From contig NC_068984.1 in assembly GCF_001194135.2 (NCBI RefSeq), positions 19,388,678 through 19,452,677 on the forward strand: 64,000 nt of DNA. Direction: 5' to 3'. The notes under the pieces were generated by a model, which worked only from the letters and a program-made list of their open reading frames with translations, made no database searches and was not told the origin of the DNA. Shown piece after piece: positions 27,455-39,482 of the stretch; position 1 is the stretch's first letter, and each line of letters opens with the position of its first letter. The DNA comes from Octopus bimaculoides (taxonomy: Eukaryota). The position numbers and the translations under genes are program-made.

Positions 27455-28384
27455 CTGCAAAGTCAAAGTAAATAGTAACGTATAATTAATGTCATAGAAA
27501 TATCTTTAAAAATATAATAGAAACATTGTAGCAAATATTGTAACACAAGGTAGAGAGCAACAAAGAGAAGACTGTGACATACAAGGGGGTGCTGAAAAGT
27601 TTGCATATTCAGGAAAATAAATTTAAGCACCATTTTGCATACAGGAGCTGGAGAATATTTTTTGAGGCATTTTTTTTGGAAAAAAAGTACATTTTATATG
27701 CCATCAAACGTGGTATGTTCAATGCTAATATTATTTATGTACACTTCAATTATTAATGATTGTATCTATTTATGTTGTGTGAAAAATTTGAAAACCAGAA
27801 GTGGATATTTAGAATAACAAATATCAATGGAGCAAACTTGATAAGAAAATTATAGTAATTGACAAAATTTCCCTCAGCATATCTTCATGAAATTTTATCT
27901 CTGAAAATAATACATAAAATGTCTTTGAAGTTGGGCACAACAACAAAGGGTCTGAAACTAGTCTCTTCTTGTGTTTCAGAATCCAACATCTATTAATCAA
28001 CAAATATTAATGTCACCCAGTCTGTATGGCACATGATGAGATCAGGATTTGAAGTAACAACCTAGTTGGTTTGCATCTTTTGTTTCTTATAAACTTTCGG
28101 TTCCATTATGACACTCAGACACCATTTCTTGAATGGTTAATTATTAAGACCTAAACAGAAAAGGATAAGCAATAAAATTGATCTGTTTCTATGACAATGT
28201 TACCTTGAAACCAAACTAAATGGTTGAACAACTTCATTATTTGAGTTACAAAGCAATAATACTTGTCAAGCTTAATTTAAATGCTGTATAATTATCATCA
28301 ATTATTGCAGACAAAAGAATGAAATGTAGCTTTAATTATAGTTAATGGCTGATACCATTTAGAGACCTAAGCTTTTATGTTATC

Positions 28385-29030
28385 ACTGAAATAATACAGA
28401 TTGGATACAAATTTCCAATCACTAAGAATTTTCAGACCAAAATAGGTTCCAATCATATTACTTTATAGAAATCAACAATTCACTACACTAATAAACATAG
28501 TAAATAATACAGGCAAACAATTTTTAGCATCCATTTTAGTCAACCGTATTATCATGCTGACTGTTTGAAATGAAGTTTTATTGCCACAGCTTATTAGAAA
28601 CTTGTGATAATGAAGATATTCTATTGATATGGTTTAGCGATATATTGGGAAAAGTTTCATATACTAACAGGAGTAATAAAGTAAATTAAAAGTGGTCTTA
28701 ACCATGGTTTTCCCCCATCTGATTATAGCTCACTCAAATTTTGACTCCATCTCTCTTTTAAACTTGCAAGAAAATCAATTTAAGTCTTACTCTTCAAAAT
28801 TCTTACAGCCCACAACAGCTAAACATATCAAACAAAAGTCTTGAATAAAAGGAAAACAGAAATAAAATGGAAAATAAAAAGAACAATCTTTCTTTGTTTT
28901 TGCTGTTAGCATTTAGATTCAGATCAGTCCATGATTGAACAGATTTATGATTAAAGCTATTGCAGTTGTGATGATCCTTTCTTTTTGTATATCAGGGATT
29001 AAGAACTATCTTATTTAATATGACCATCCT
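28385..29030 (+). repeat. Direct repeat copy 1 (~470 bp core plus decayed flank), paired with 30378-30975
   Basis: Long colinear identity, e.g. atcactaagaattttcagac.aaaataggttccaatcatattactttatagaaatcaacaatt. Confidence 0.9.
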
Positions 29031-30377
29031 TTTTTTTTTTTTTTGATTGATAAGACTGTAAGATATGAGTCAACGAAGGCAGCACGGAGGCTTCCACCAC
29101 AAGGTTCAGTTCTTACTGAAGTGTGGTGGAGTGTGTGCTGCACTGAATCTGAGAACTATGCTAGTGAAGTGCAAGATCCTAGCAGAATCCCTCATGGTGG
29201 ACAAGTCAAAAGATAGAGGCCAGACTAATATGGATCATCTCTTCTCAGAGATAAAAATGGGTTTGCATAGGGTCAAAACCCCTACCTAGAAAAGAAGCAA
29301 AGTTACAGAAGCATCAAAGACACTTCAAAACCAACAAGACCTGAGAGAGGAAAAGATCCCAGAGTTAAGAACAGTGGTGAAAAGTTGTTGATGGCTGATG
29401 AGCCACAGGAGGAGAAAGATTTAAGCAAGTAAGTGCTGAGTCTTCTTCATTATTTCTGTAGTAATAGGTTCAGGAACAAGGTGTGTAAGTGTGGCTCCTA
29501 AAACTTTTTTTTGGAGGCAATGAAAATATTTTAAACATTCTTTTGAAAAACTGGGTTTGCACTTACATCTATAGCAGTTGTTGCTTAACCCTAGCTCAAC
29601 ACTGAGGTTGAGAAGCTGACTGATGAAAAAAATCATTTTTTCCAGTCATGACCATTCCATCATTCCAGCATCATGTCTAATATTGTATTATCTAATGTAT
29701 CTTTTCTTGTTTCAAAATGGCAGGGTGAGATTTGAGGGAAATTTGGCTGCTACTTCCAGAATGTGAAAAGATCACATAAAGGCTGCTGGATCACGGATTT
29801 ATTTTTGTAAGTACTTATTTGTGGTACACCATTTGTTTGTTCAGTGTCTTCTCTTCCGCAGTTCATGATGCACTGACAACTTTGAAATGACATTAAATAC
29901 TCGTGTCAATATAAAACAGATTTAAAGCAGAAAGTTGGTAGAATTGGCAGTATACCAGGTAAAATGGTAAGCAGAATTTTGTCTGTGAATTCAAATAGCC
30001 TTTCATCTTTCAGGGTTGATAAAATAATTACCAGTTGAGCACCGAGGTGGGGTGATATAATCGACTTACCCCTACCCCAAAATTATTGCCCTTGTGCTAA
30101 AATTTGAAACCAATATAAGACAGAAGTGGCATTACATAACTGTTGATACACACCCTAAGATCCCAGTAAACAAACTGGTGATATAACCAGGTTATTGACC
30201 CAGAAAAAAAAAGAAAAAAAGAAGAAAAAAACAAGACTCATAAAGAGAAGAAATTATTTTTAAACCATTAAGTTACTGAAACAGTTTTGTCTTCTTTGCA
30301 AAAGTGTTATTACCATATTCTGCAGAACAGAAATATTAGAGGGGATGACAAATGCAGGGAGACTCTCTTACTCTTTT

Positions 30378-30975
30378 ACTGAATCATTACAGGCTCAATA
30401 CAAATTTCCCATCACTAAGAATTTTCAGACTAAAATAGGTTCCAATCATATTACTTTATAGAAATCAACAATTCCCTGCACTAAAAAACATAGTAAATAA
30501 TACAGGCAAACAATTTTTAGCATCAGTTTTACTACAGCATTTTATCAGGCTGACTGTTTGAGATGAAGTTTTATAGCTGCAGCTTATTAGAAACTTGTGA
30601 TAATGAAGATATTCTATTGGTATAGCTTAGCGATATATTGGGAAAAATTTCATATACTACAGGAGTAATAAAGTAAATTAAAAGTGCTCTTAACCATGGT
30701 TTTTTCTCATCTGATTATAGCTCACTCAAATTTTGACTTCATCTCTCATTTAAACTTGCAAGAAAATCAATTTAAGTCTTACTCTTCAAAATTCCTACTA
30801 CACACAACTAAATATACTAAACAGGGGTCTTGAATTAAAAAAAAAAGGAAAAACAATTTTTGTTCATAACTGTTTAGATCCAAGTTAATCCTTACTGAAC
30901 AGACTAATGATATTGCAGCTGTATTGATTCATTCTTTTTCGTATATTAGAGTGTAACTACCTTATTTGATATGAA
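30378..30975 (+). repeat. Direct repeat copy 2
   Basis: Matches 28385-29030 with scattered substitutions and small indels. Confidence 0.9.
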
Positions 30976-31715
30976 CATTGAGTTAAGACCAATTGTGATT
31001 ACAAGCTGCTAAAATGGGTTTCCACTGAAAGATCTTTGGGATAATGTTACTTGACAGGGTATGTAGCTCACAAACAAAGAGTCTTTCCAGGTTGAGCTAC
31101 AACTTCTTCACATCAAGAGGTTACAATTCCAGTACTATGGATATGTGATTAGAATGTCACAAGAAAGGATCACAAAACAAGGTTCTTCAAATTGAGCCAA
31201 CCAACAAGAAACTTAAGGGTAGACCAAGAATGGGCTGATTGGATAATATTCATAGTCTCAGGCTTGGGAATCCAGCAGGAAATTGTAATGTTTACTTTTG
31301 ATAAGATCCTATGGGGGAGGTGCCTGAAGACTCTACCCCCCACCCCGAACTTTCCCCAGAGAAAATGGATGGAGTGTCAGTGAATTAGGTCAGCGTTTTG
31401 TAATGGATTTGTTGTTTGACTAATTTCTATTTTAATTTTTTTGTGTGTTACATTATTTGAGAAGCAGAATCAACATTTTCATAGCAATCCTTGTTGACAT
31501 TATCCATTTCTTTCGTGTGATCCAACACATTTCCTGAATTCTTCTTTGTGATCCTTTATAAATTCTTTATAACTTCTATTTTTCACAGAATCTCAAAATA
31601 AACAATGGTCTAAGGCATTTTTCCAAGTTGGAAATGAGATTCGTTCATTTAGTTTTACTTATTTTTTTCTTTTTTAAATCAAACCATTTCCTTCTTTTAC
31701 ACAAAAAAACAAAAC

Positions 31716-31756
<41 letters not shown>

Positions 31757-32878
31757 TAATAATAATAATAATAGTAATTTAGCCCTCAATTTCTGAAGCT
31801 ATAGCATAAATAATTTTCAGCAAATATGATCTGGGTGGGGACGGGGAGAAATTTCTTTTAAAAACATTAAATTTCATTATATCTATTTTTATTATTAGTG
31901 ATTGGTGGTATCCATATCTTCAACTGATTAAAATTGATGCTTTGAAAGAATGCAGGCTTTACACAGAAACAGGCAAACTGTTTTCTTTTGATTATGGTTT
32001 TGCTATGCCATTACAATCCCTAGCAATTGCTGAAACAGTTGCTTAGCACCAAATAGTGTTAAGTAGATGAAAGAGAAATGTCCCTCTTCATAGGGCACTA
32101 GTGTATCATAAATAATATTCCAAAAATATATGATACTTATTTCCTTCAGCTAAGTGAACTAAAACATGAAGAATTAAGTGTCCTTAGTGCATATCATAAA
32201 ATATCTACTTACAACAAGTTTAAACTCATAATTCATGGCTACATGCATTTGGAATTTGATTTTAAAAGCCCTATTTTTCTTTCTTTGCAATTAAAATTTT
32301 TTATTTTAAAATCCATTAATAAAGAATACTAAAATAGAAAAAAAACCTGATTATTTTAAGGTGGGTCAATAAAATAACTTGTTACAAAGAATAGATTCAA
32401 AACTAAATATTCTAGCTTCATTCCAAAACCACAATTTCAGATTTGAGATTGTAGTAATGATATGCATACATTATTTTCCTCCATCACCATTTATAGACAC
32501 ATTTCTATTGTATATTTCTTATTTTTTGCTTCTAATTAAAAAAAAAAATTACAGAATGGAAACTAATTCCCAAAGGGTGAACATGGAAATTACATTCAGG
32601 AATTCAATTTATTTTATTCATTGTTTCAATTTCCGATCTAATTTTCTATAGCCCAACATGCGTCAAAATGGGGAAGCTAAACATAAAGCTGATGGCAGTG
32701 AAATTATGCTGCTCTTACCACAACTGCGACTGCTGTTGATTATATCTAATCATCTTAACCAAGTTCCTTTATCTTTAGAATGATTCTCACTAATTCTCTC
32801 TCCCTTTCATCATATATCCCAAGCAACAGCTGTAATTTTGATGGCCATGGGATCAGGCATGCTAAATGACATGCATAC

Positions 32879-32971
32879 GTGATCCTTCTCTTTGATTAAA
32901 ACAAATCCCCCAGCTGGAACTAAAATGGTTTCTGAAATTTTATCATCTAGCCACTTGCAACCATCTTCCAT
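32879..32971 (-). CDS. Candidate exon MEDGCKWLDDKISETILVPAGGFVLIKEKDH, 31 aa, phase 0-0
   Basis: Donor CAC|gtatgc; AAG acceptor directly before ATG with an in-frame TAA upstream. The WL motif fits the helix A missing ahead of exon 27336-27454. Confidence 0.5.
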
Positions 32972-33365
32972 CTTTATAAATTAGCAATGATGAGCAAAAC
33001 TAAAACTGATTTATTCTTTTAATGTTTATTCTTAAATATTTAATAAAACCCCCTTAACTTCCCTACACAATCTGCCCTATCACATTTTCAACTGTATCCC
33101 TCAATTTGTTTCAACGTTGCCATTAATCCCTTCTTTCTTCCTTGCCATCCATCCCCATCCTCTCCTCTTACCCTCCTTTATCTCTCTGTCCAGAATAATT
33201 GGACACTCTCTCTTCTGTTCTCCCTCAGTTATAAGAAGGGTCCATTTAGGCCCTTAGCCTTGCAATATTACAAGGTGATCATCACTAGTGCTGGTGCTAT
33301 AAAAAGAAAGCACCCAGTACTTTCTGTAAAATGGTTGGTGTTCAGCCTTATGTAATGTATCAAAG

Positions 33366-33750
33366 TCGGAGGTGCAATGACCCAGTGGTTAGGGAAGCGG
33401 ACTCACGGTCATAGGATCGCGGTTTCAATTCCCAGACCGAGTGTTGTGAGTGTTTATTGAGCGAAAACACCTGATGCTCCACGAGGCTCCGGCAGGGGAT
33501 GGTGGCGAACCCTGATGTACTCTTTCACCACAACTTTCTCTCATTCTTACTTCCTGTTTCTGCTGTACCTGTATTTCAAAGGGCTAGCCTTGTCACACTG
33601 TGTCACGCTGAATATTCCTGAGAACTACGTTAAGGGTGCACATGTCTGTGGAGTGCTCAGCCACTTGCACGTTAATTTCACGAGCAGGCTGTTCCGTTGA
33701 TCGGATCGACTGGAACCCTTGACGTCGTAAGCGATGGAGTGCCAACAAAC
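33366..33750 (+). mobile_element. Young tRNA-head SINE (family E), opposite orientation to 22511-22897
   Basis: Colinear with the reverse complement of 22511-22897; tatcaaagt on both flanks. Confidence 0.85.
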
Positions 33751-34330
33751 AAATATATCAAAGTGGACACTGGAGTAGAGTACAATGTAGTCCTCTTACT
33801 CTTCAGGACCCACCAAGCCATTGAACCCAAGCCAGCATGGATGGCAGATATTAAATGATGATGATGATGATAGACCAGGGCTTTGATTATTTTATTCTTC
33901 ATCATTGCCAGCATCCTCCTCATTATTCTATTTCTGTTTTACCATGTTAGAATTTCACTATTTATTGTGGTCCTTTGTCACGTGGTGCACACAACAGAAA
34001 AAAATGTCAGTTTTGTTTTAGATTATGTCATGTTTCTTGTCATAGTTTTTGAATAGATAGATGTCCTTCTTATCATCAACCAAGTGGAAACATAGACTGG
34101 GTTCTAGAAGGATTGTTTGAAACAACTAGGCCCATATGTCAATATCTTTGTGAAGTTGAAGCCTATAAAATTTGAAACATTCCAAACTTTTTGGACTTCA
34201 ATCTTACAAAGGGAAATTTGGCTGCTATTTCTAACATCTTGGGCAGCCATGTAAAGGCTCCCTTATTAGCTCTGCCTATAACGTATTTCTGTGTGGTAGC
34301 TGCTCCATCCTACATACAATAGAGATACAT

Positions 34331-34558
34331 TTAACCCTTTAGCATTCAGATTACTCTATCTAATGTAATGCTTATTTATTCATATTTTTTTAATTGATCA
34401 TGCATTATCTTGTAGCTTAAAGATTTCAATGATGTGATTGCTTATTTTTCAGAACAACATTGTAAAATAGGTGTGAGAGGCCAGATTCGGTCAGTTTGAA
34501 CATAAAACAAGAAGAACATTTGGACTTGATACAAATTATTTAAATGTTAAAGGGTGAA
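34331..34558. mobile_element. piggyBac-like TTAA-flanked MITE, family 1 (other copies ~12762-12992, 19815-20042, 20803-21028, 52971-53150)
   Basis: ttaa-CCCTTTAGCATT ... AATG(C/T)TAAAGGG termini; shared body gtgtgagaggcc..at.tggc..gtttgaacataaaac. Confidence 0.7.
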
Positions 34559-34631
34559 GTTAACAACATACAAACTTGTCTCACATAAGAAATGAAACTG
34601 TCATATGGTTATAGAAGCAGATCAGCAGCTC

Positions 34632-35044
34632 ATACTCTTTACTCTTTTACTTGTTTCAGTCATTTGACTGTGGCCATGCTGGAGCACCGCCTTTAGTCAA
34701 GCAAATCGACCCCAGGGCTTATTCTTTGTAAGCCTAGTACTTATTCTATCGGTCTCTTTTTGCCAAACTGCTAAGTTACGGGGATGTAAACACACCAGCA
34801 TCGGTTGTCAAGTGATGGTGGGGGGACAAACACAGATACACAAACACACATACATACACATATATATATATATATANNNNNNNNNNNNNNNNNNNNNNNN
34901 NNNNNNNNNNNNNNNNNNNNNNNNNNNNNNNNNNNNNNNNNNNNNNNNNNNNNNNNNNNNNNNNNNNNNNNNNNNNNNNNNNNNNNNNNNNNNNNNNNNN
35001 NNNNNNNNNNNNNNNNNNNNNNNNNNNNNNNNNNNNNNNNNNNN

Positions 35045-35075
<31 letters not shown>

Positions 35076-35246
35076 CATATATATACGACGGGCTTCTTTC
35101 AGTTTCCGTCTACCAAATCCACTCACAAGGCTTTGGTTGGCCCAAGGCTATAGTAGAAGACACTTGCCCAAGGTGCCACGCAGTGGGACTGAACCCGGAA
35201 CCATGTGGTTGGTAGGCAAGCTACTTACCACACAGCCACTCCTGAG
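34632..35246 (-). mobile_element. Full-length tRNA-head SINE with internal (TA)/(TG) microsatellite and (AAAGAGT)n tail (family A; other copies ~5906-6385, 7033-7325, 13812-14030, 38092-38865, 43350-43695, 44476-44640, 47795-48712, 48905-49205, plus many fragments)
   Basis: Recurring ggctgtgtggtaag..gcttgc..ccaaccacatgg.....ggttcagtcccactg...ggcaagtgtcttctac head and gtgctccagcatggcc.cagtc.aatgactgaaacaagtaaaag tail. Confidence 0.85.
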
Positions 35247-36217
35247 CATATTTTGAGTATAAAAATACTACAAGTATGTCTTTGTAGGCATGCAGATACT
35301 ATTTAATTGAACATGGGTCTGCTTGATGACTTTGAGCTAAACAACGACAACGTTTAGTACACTTAATGAATAAGTTCCAAGCCATCTAGAAAATGTTAGC
35401 CACACTACAGGAGGTTGACTTATCTCTTAACTGAACCAGACATCAGTTCTAAGAACCACTTAATAGCTATTGGTGGCATTTAACTTTATTTAATGTTGGC
35501 TTATATTATGGTGGTGGTGGTGGTGGTGGTTGTGAAGGTAGTAGTTGTGGTAGATGTGCTAAGAGATAGTAATGGTTATGATGGTGGTGGTGGTGGTGGT
35601 GGTGACTGGGGTAGTGGTGAAGGCAATGGTGGTGGCGGCAGTGGTGACTGTAATGAGAATGGTAGTGATGGTGGTGATGATAGTGACTGCGAAGGTAATA
35701 GTTGTGGTAGTCATGATGGTGATAGTAATGATTGTAGTAGTGGTGGTGGCGGTGGTGATAAGGGTGGTTGTATTGATAGTATTGCTTATCGTAATGGTGG
35801 TTAATATACATGAGCGACACACAAATGCTGAAAGGCAAAAGGTGTACATATAGCTACAGGTATGGCTGTGTAGTTAAGAAGCTTGCTTTGTGGCCACAAG
35901 ATTTTGGGTTCAGTTTCACTTGACAGCACCTGGGGCTAGTATCTTCTACAATAACCCCTGGCCAATCAATGCCTTCTGACTGTGCAAGTGAATTCAACAG
36001 ATGGAAACTGTGTGGAAGTCTTGGCATGTAAAAGGCATCCAGCACATTGTGTGAAATGGCTGGCGCTAGGAAGATGGCGTCGGTGGTGGTGGCGGCAGCG
36101 CCACCACCACCAAAACCACAACCACCGCCGCCACCACTACCACCACCACAATCTCACTGATGATCCAATACAACCATCATTTGAAACCACATCACATCAA
36201 TGATTGAAGCTAATTGA

Positions 36218-36251
<34 letters not shown>

Positions 36252-36654
36252 ATGCACATGGATTATTTATTTCGTTTTATGTCCATATCTCCATGCGGGC
36301 ATGGGTTTGATGAATATATTGCTGAGGCATTGTTTTGCAGATAACCATTAATCTACACCAGCCCTGGGGTGCCTTTCTGAATGGCATGTCAAACAAAATA
36401 TGTTTTATGTAGTGTGGACTGCCTGATGATGAACCATGTCTCATGTGGCCCACTTCTTGGAAATGGTTCCTCATGCTTGGTTTACATTGATGAAGAATTT
36501 GTTGTGATTTATTGTTCCATTAGAGTAAAAACAGGGAGTTGAGATACGTTACAAACACACTGAACAACAATGACATTCAGAAGGGTGTGTTATTGAGAGG
36601 TCTTTTATAAACTGACATGGAAGAAAGAGAGAAAGAAAGGAAAAAAGAAAGTGG

Positions 36655-36692
<38 letters not shown>

Positions 36693-36755
36693 GAGGGTGA
36701 ATAGAGATAGAAAAAGGAAGACTTAGAATTCAGTGTTATTGAGATACCTTCCAAA

Positions 36756-36841
<86 letters not shown>

Positions 36842-37159
36842 AGGCAGAGTTTATGGATGTGAGACAGAGACAAAGTGACCTTTGCTATGCCTTATTAGAT
36901 TTTCTTGGAATGTTACCAGTACTTTGAACAGATAATGACTGAAAGTGTGTTGATCACAATTTCATTGTTGTTGTTGTTGTTGTTACTATTACTGTCGTTA
37001 TTATTATTGTTGCTGTTACTACTATTATTGTTATTAATTTGAAATGATTGAAACAAATTTAAATGTATTGATGTAGTTACAACTACAGATCCATTTTTGT
37101 CATAGCATAACATATCAGTAAAATGAACTTGTGCGCTCCTCATTATTAATGCTATATAA

Positions 37160-37192
<33 letters not shown>

Positions 37193-38402
37193 AATCATTC
37201 GTATGGTTTTACAACCATTTTCCCATGCAAGCATGGGTTGGATGAATATATTACAGAAACATTGTTTTACAGTTGGATGCCCTTCCTATCACTAACCCTT
37301 AACTGTTTTTTTTTTTAGGTAAGAATTTCAAGTCTTTAAAGGCAAAAAGCCAGTGGATAATTAGTTGACAGAAGAAATGACAACAGTCTTGGTAATTGAC
37401 TTTCATAGAACACACTCACACACACACACACACACACACATTTTCATCATGTTGAACACACACATATATTTTCAATCAAGTTGAACCGTTATTTCCTACA
37501 CATTAATTCCAACACATCCATACATTCATTTTCACCATGTTGAAGCATTAAACCCTACACGTTTGTTTTCTCTCTCCGTTTGTTTTTTTTCATTCTCTCC
37601 CTTTTTTCCCACTTAATCCTTTCTGTTGAAGAGCATAGGCTCAAAACATCAAAGACTTTTCCATTCTTCCCAAGCGTCAAACAAATACACCTGCTCATTG
37701 TTCCATCACCAGTCTTCGTCTTTTTTTGTTTCCAATAAATTTGAACTACATACATGCATACATATATAAATATGTTTATAGGCACAGGTAAGGAATTTGC
37801 TTCACAACCAAATGGATACAACTTCAATCACAGTATGTGGCACATTGTGTAAGTGTCTTCTAATATAACATCCTCCACAATTTATTGTATTGTATCATCC
37901 AAATGTGTTGCATGCAAACTAATAGAGCCCATGTGGAAGTGTTCTGATGTTTCTATTAAAACTTTATTAGTTTGCCAATAGACTCTGCTAAGTTCTCTTT
38001 ACTTTTCAGTCTTTTTCTGAATTTTTCAAATTGTAACGATAATTTACGGATAACCCGTGTGTGTGTATGTGGATATATATCTTTCTTGTTTATTTTTTAC
38101 TTGTTTCAGTCAATACACCGTGGCCATGCTGGGGCACTGCTTTGAGGAACTTTAGTCAAAACAAATCAACCCCAGTACTTGGGTTGCTTTTTTAAGCCTG
38201 GTACTTATTCTATCAAACATCTTTTGCTGAACTGCCAAGTTAGAGGACATAAACACACCAACACCAGTTGTCAAACTGTGGTGGAGGGACAAACAGACAC
38301 AAACACATACACACACATATGTACATATAAATATATATATATATAATAATATTAGGGACAAAATCCAAAATTACAGGTAAAAAACTCAATTAAAATCAAC
38401 TA

Positions 38403-38440
<38 letters not shown>

Positions 38441-39386
38441 ATATATANNNNNNNNNNNNNNNNNNNTATATATATATATATATATATATACATATATATC
38501 TATATATCATCATCATCATCATCATCGTTTAACGTCCGCTTTCCATGTTAGCATGGGTTGGACGATTTGACTGAGGACTGGTGAAACCGGATGGCAACAC
38601 CAGGCTCCAATCTAATTTGGCAGAGTTTCTACAGCTGGATGCCCTTCCTAACGCCAACCACTCAGAGAGTGTAGTGGGTGCTTTTATATATTTATATGTA
38701 TATATACAATGTGCTTCTTTCAGTTTCTGTCTACCAAATCTCCTCACAAGGCTTTGGTCAGCCCAAGGCTATGATAGAAGACACTTGCCCAAGGTGCCAC
38801 GCATGCGACTGAACCCTGAACCATGTATTTGGGAAGCAAGTTTCTTACCACACAGCCATGCCTGAACCTATATATTTGTGTACACACACACACACACACA
38901 CACTAAAAGATAAGATAGTCATCACTTGCAGGCATATATAACTTTGTAACACATGTACCTTGCTTTCACTAATTGTTTTAAGGTTCTCTGCTGTTATGGG
39001 TACACAGAGGCACCCTCTTGGCTCTCCCACCCTTGCCCCAGTGGAATATCCAACATGTAATAGCTGGAAGGAAAGAGGGATGCACACACACTAGGCTAGT
39101 TCTCATACTCAGTCAAACTGACTGAAGTATCTTGCTCAAGGATATAATGAGCTGCCTGGTTCAGGAACTGAACTCACAACCTTCTGATTACGAGCCCAAT
39201 ACCTTAACGATTAAACTATCTATCTTCAAACATGCACACACACACACACACACACACAAACATAAACAGATTGAGAAAGAGAAATATAATTATTCACCAC
39301 ATGATTATGTTAATTATGTTATAATTAATATACATTAATATTATGTTAATTATGTTATAATTAATATACGCTAATATCCCACTTAC

Positions 39387-39482
39387 TTTCCTCTTCGGTC
39401 TCCTCTTCTTCGGGGCTTGCCCAGAGGCATATCCATAGCGTGAGTGTTTCCTCTTACCTGTACAACTCTGAGCAATCCCCAT
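39387..39482 (-). CDS. Candidate first coding exon MGIAQSCTGKRKHSRYGYASGQAPKKRRPKRK, 32 aa, phase 0; second donor at 39458 (phase 1)
   Basis: Consensus donors AAA|gtaagt and CAG|gtaaga; in-frame TAA three codons before ATG; no AG in the ~60 nt upstream; locally CpG-retaining non-repetitive sequence. Confidence 0.6.

Noticed and set aside
28060-28150. Exon-like segment with good minus-strand acceptor (ctgtttag)
   Set aside because: Stops in all three frames; at most a non-coding or poison exon, and unsupported.
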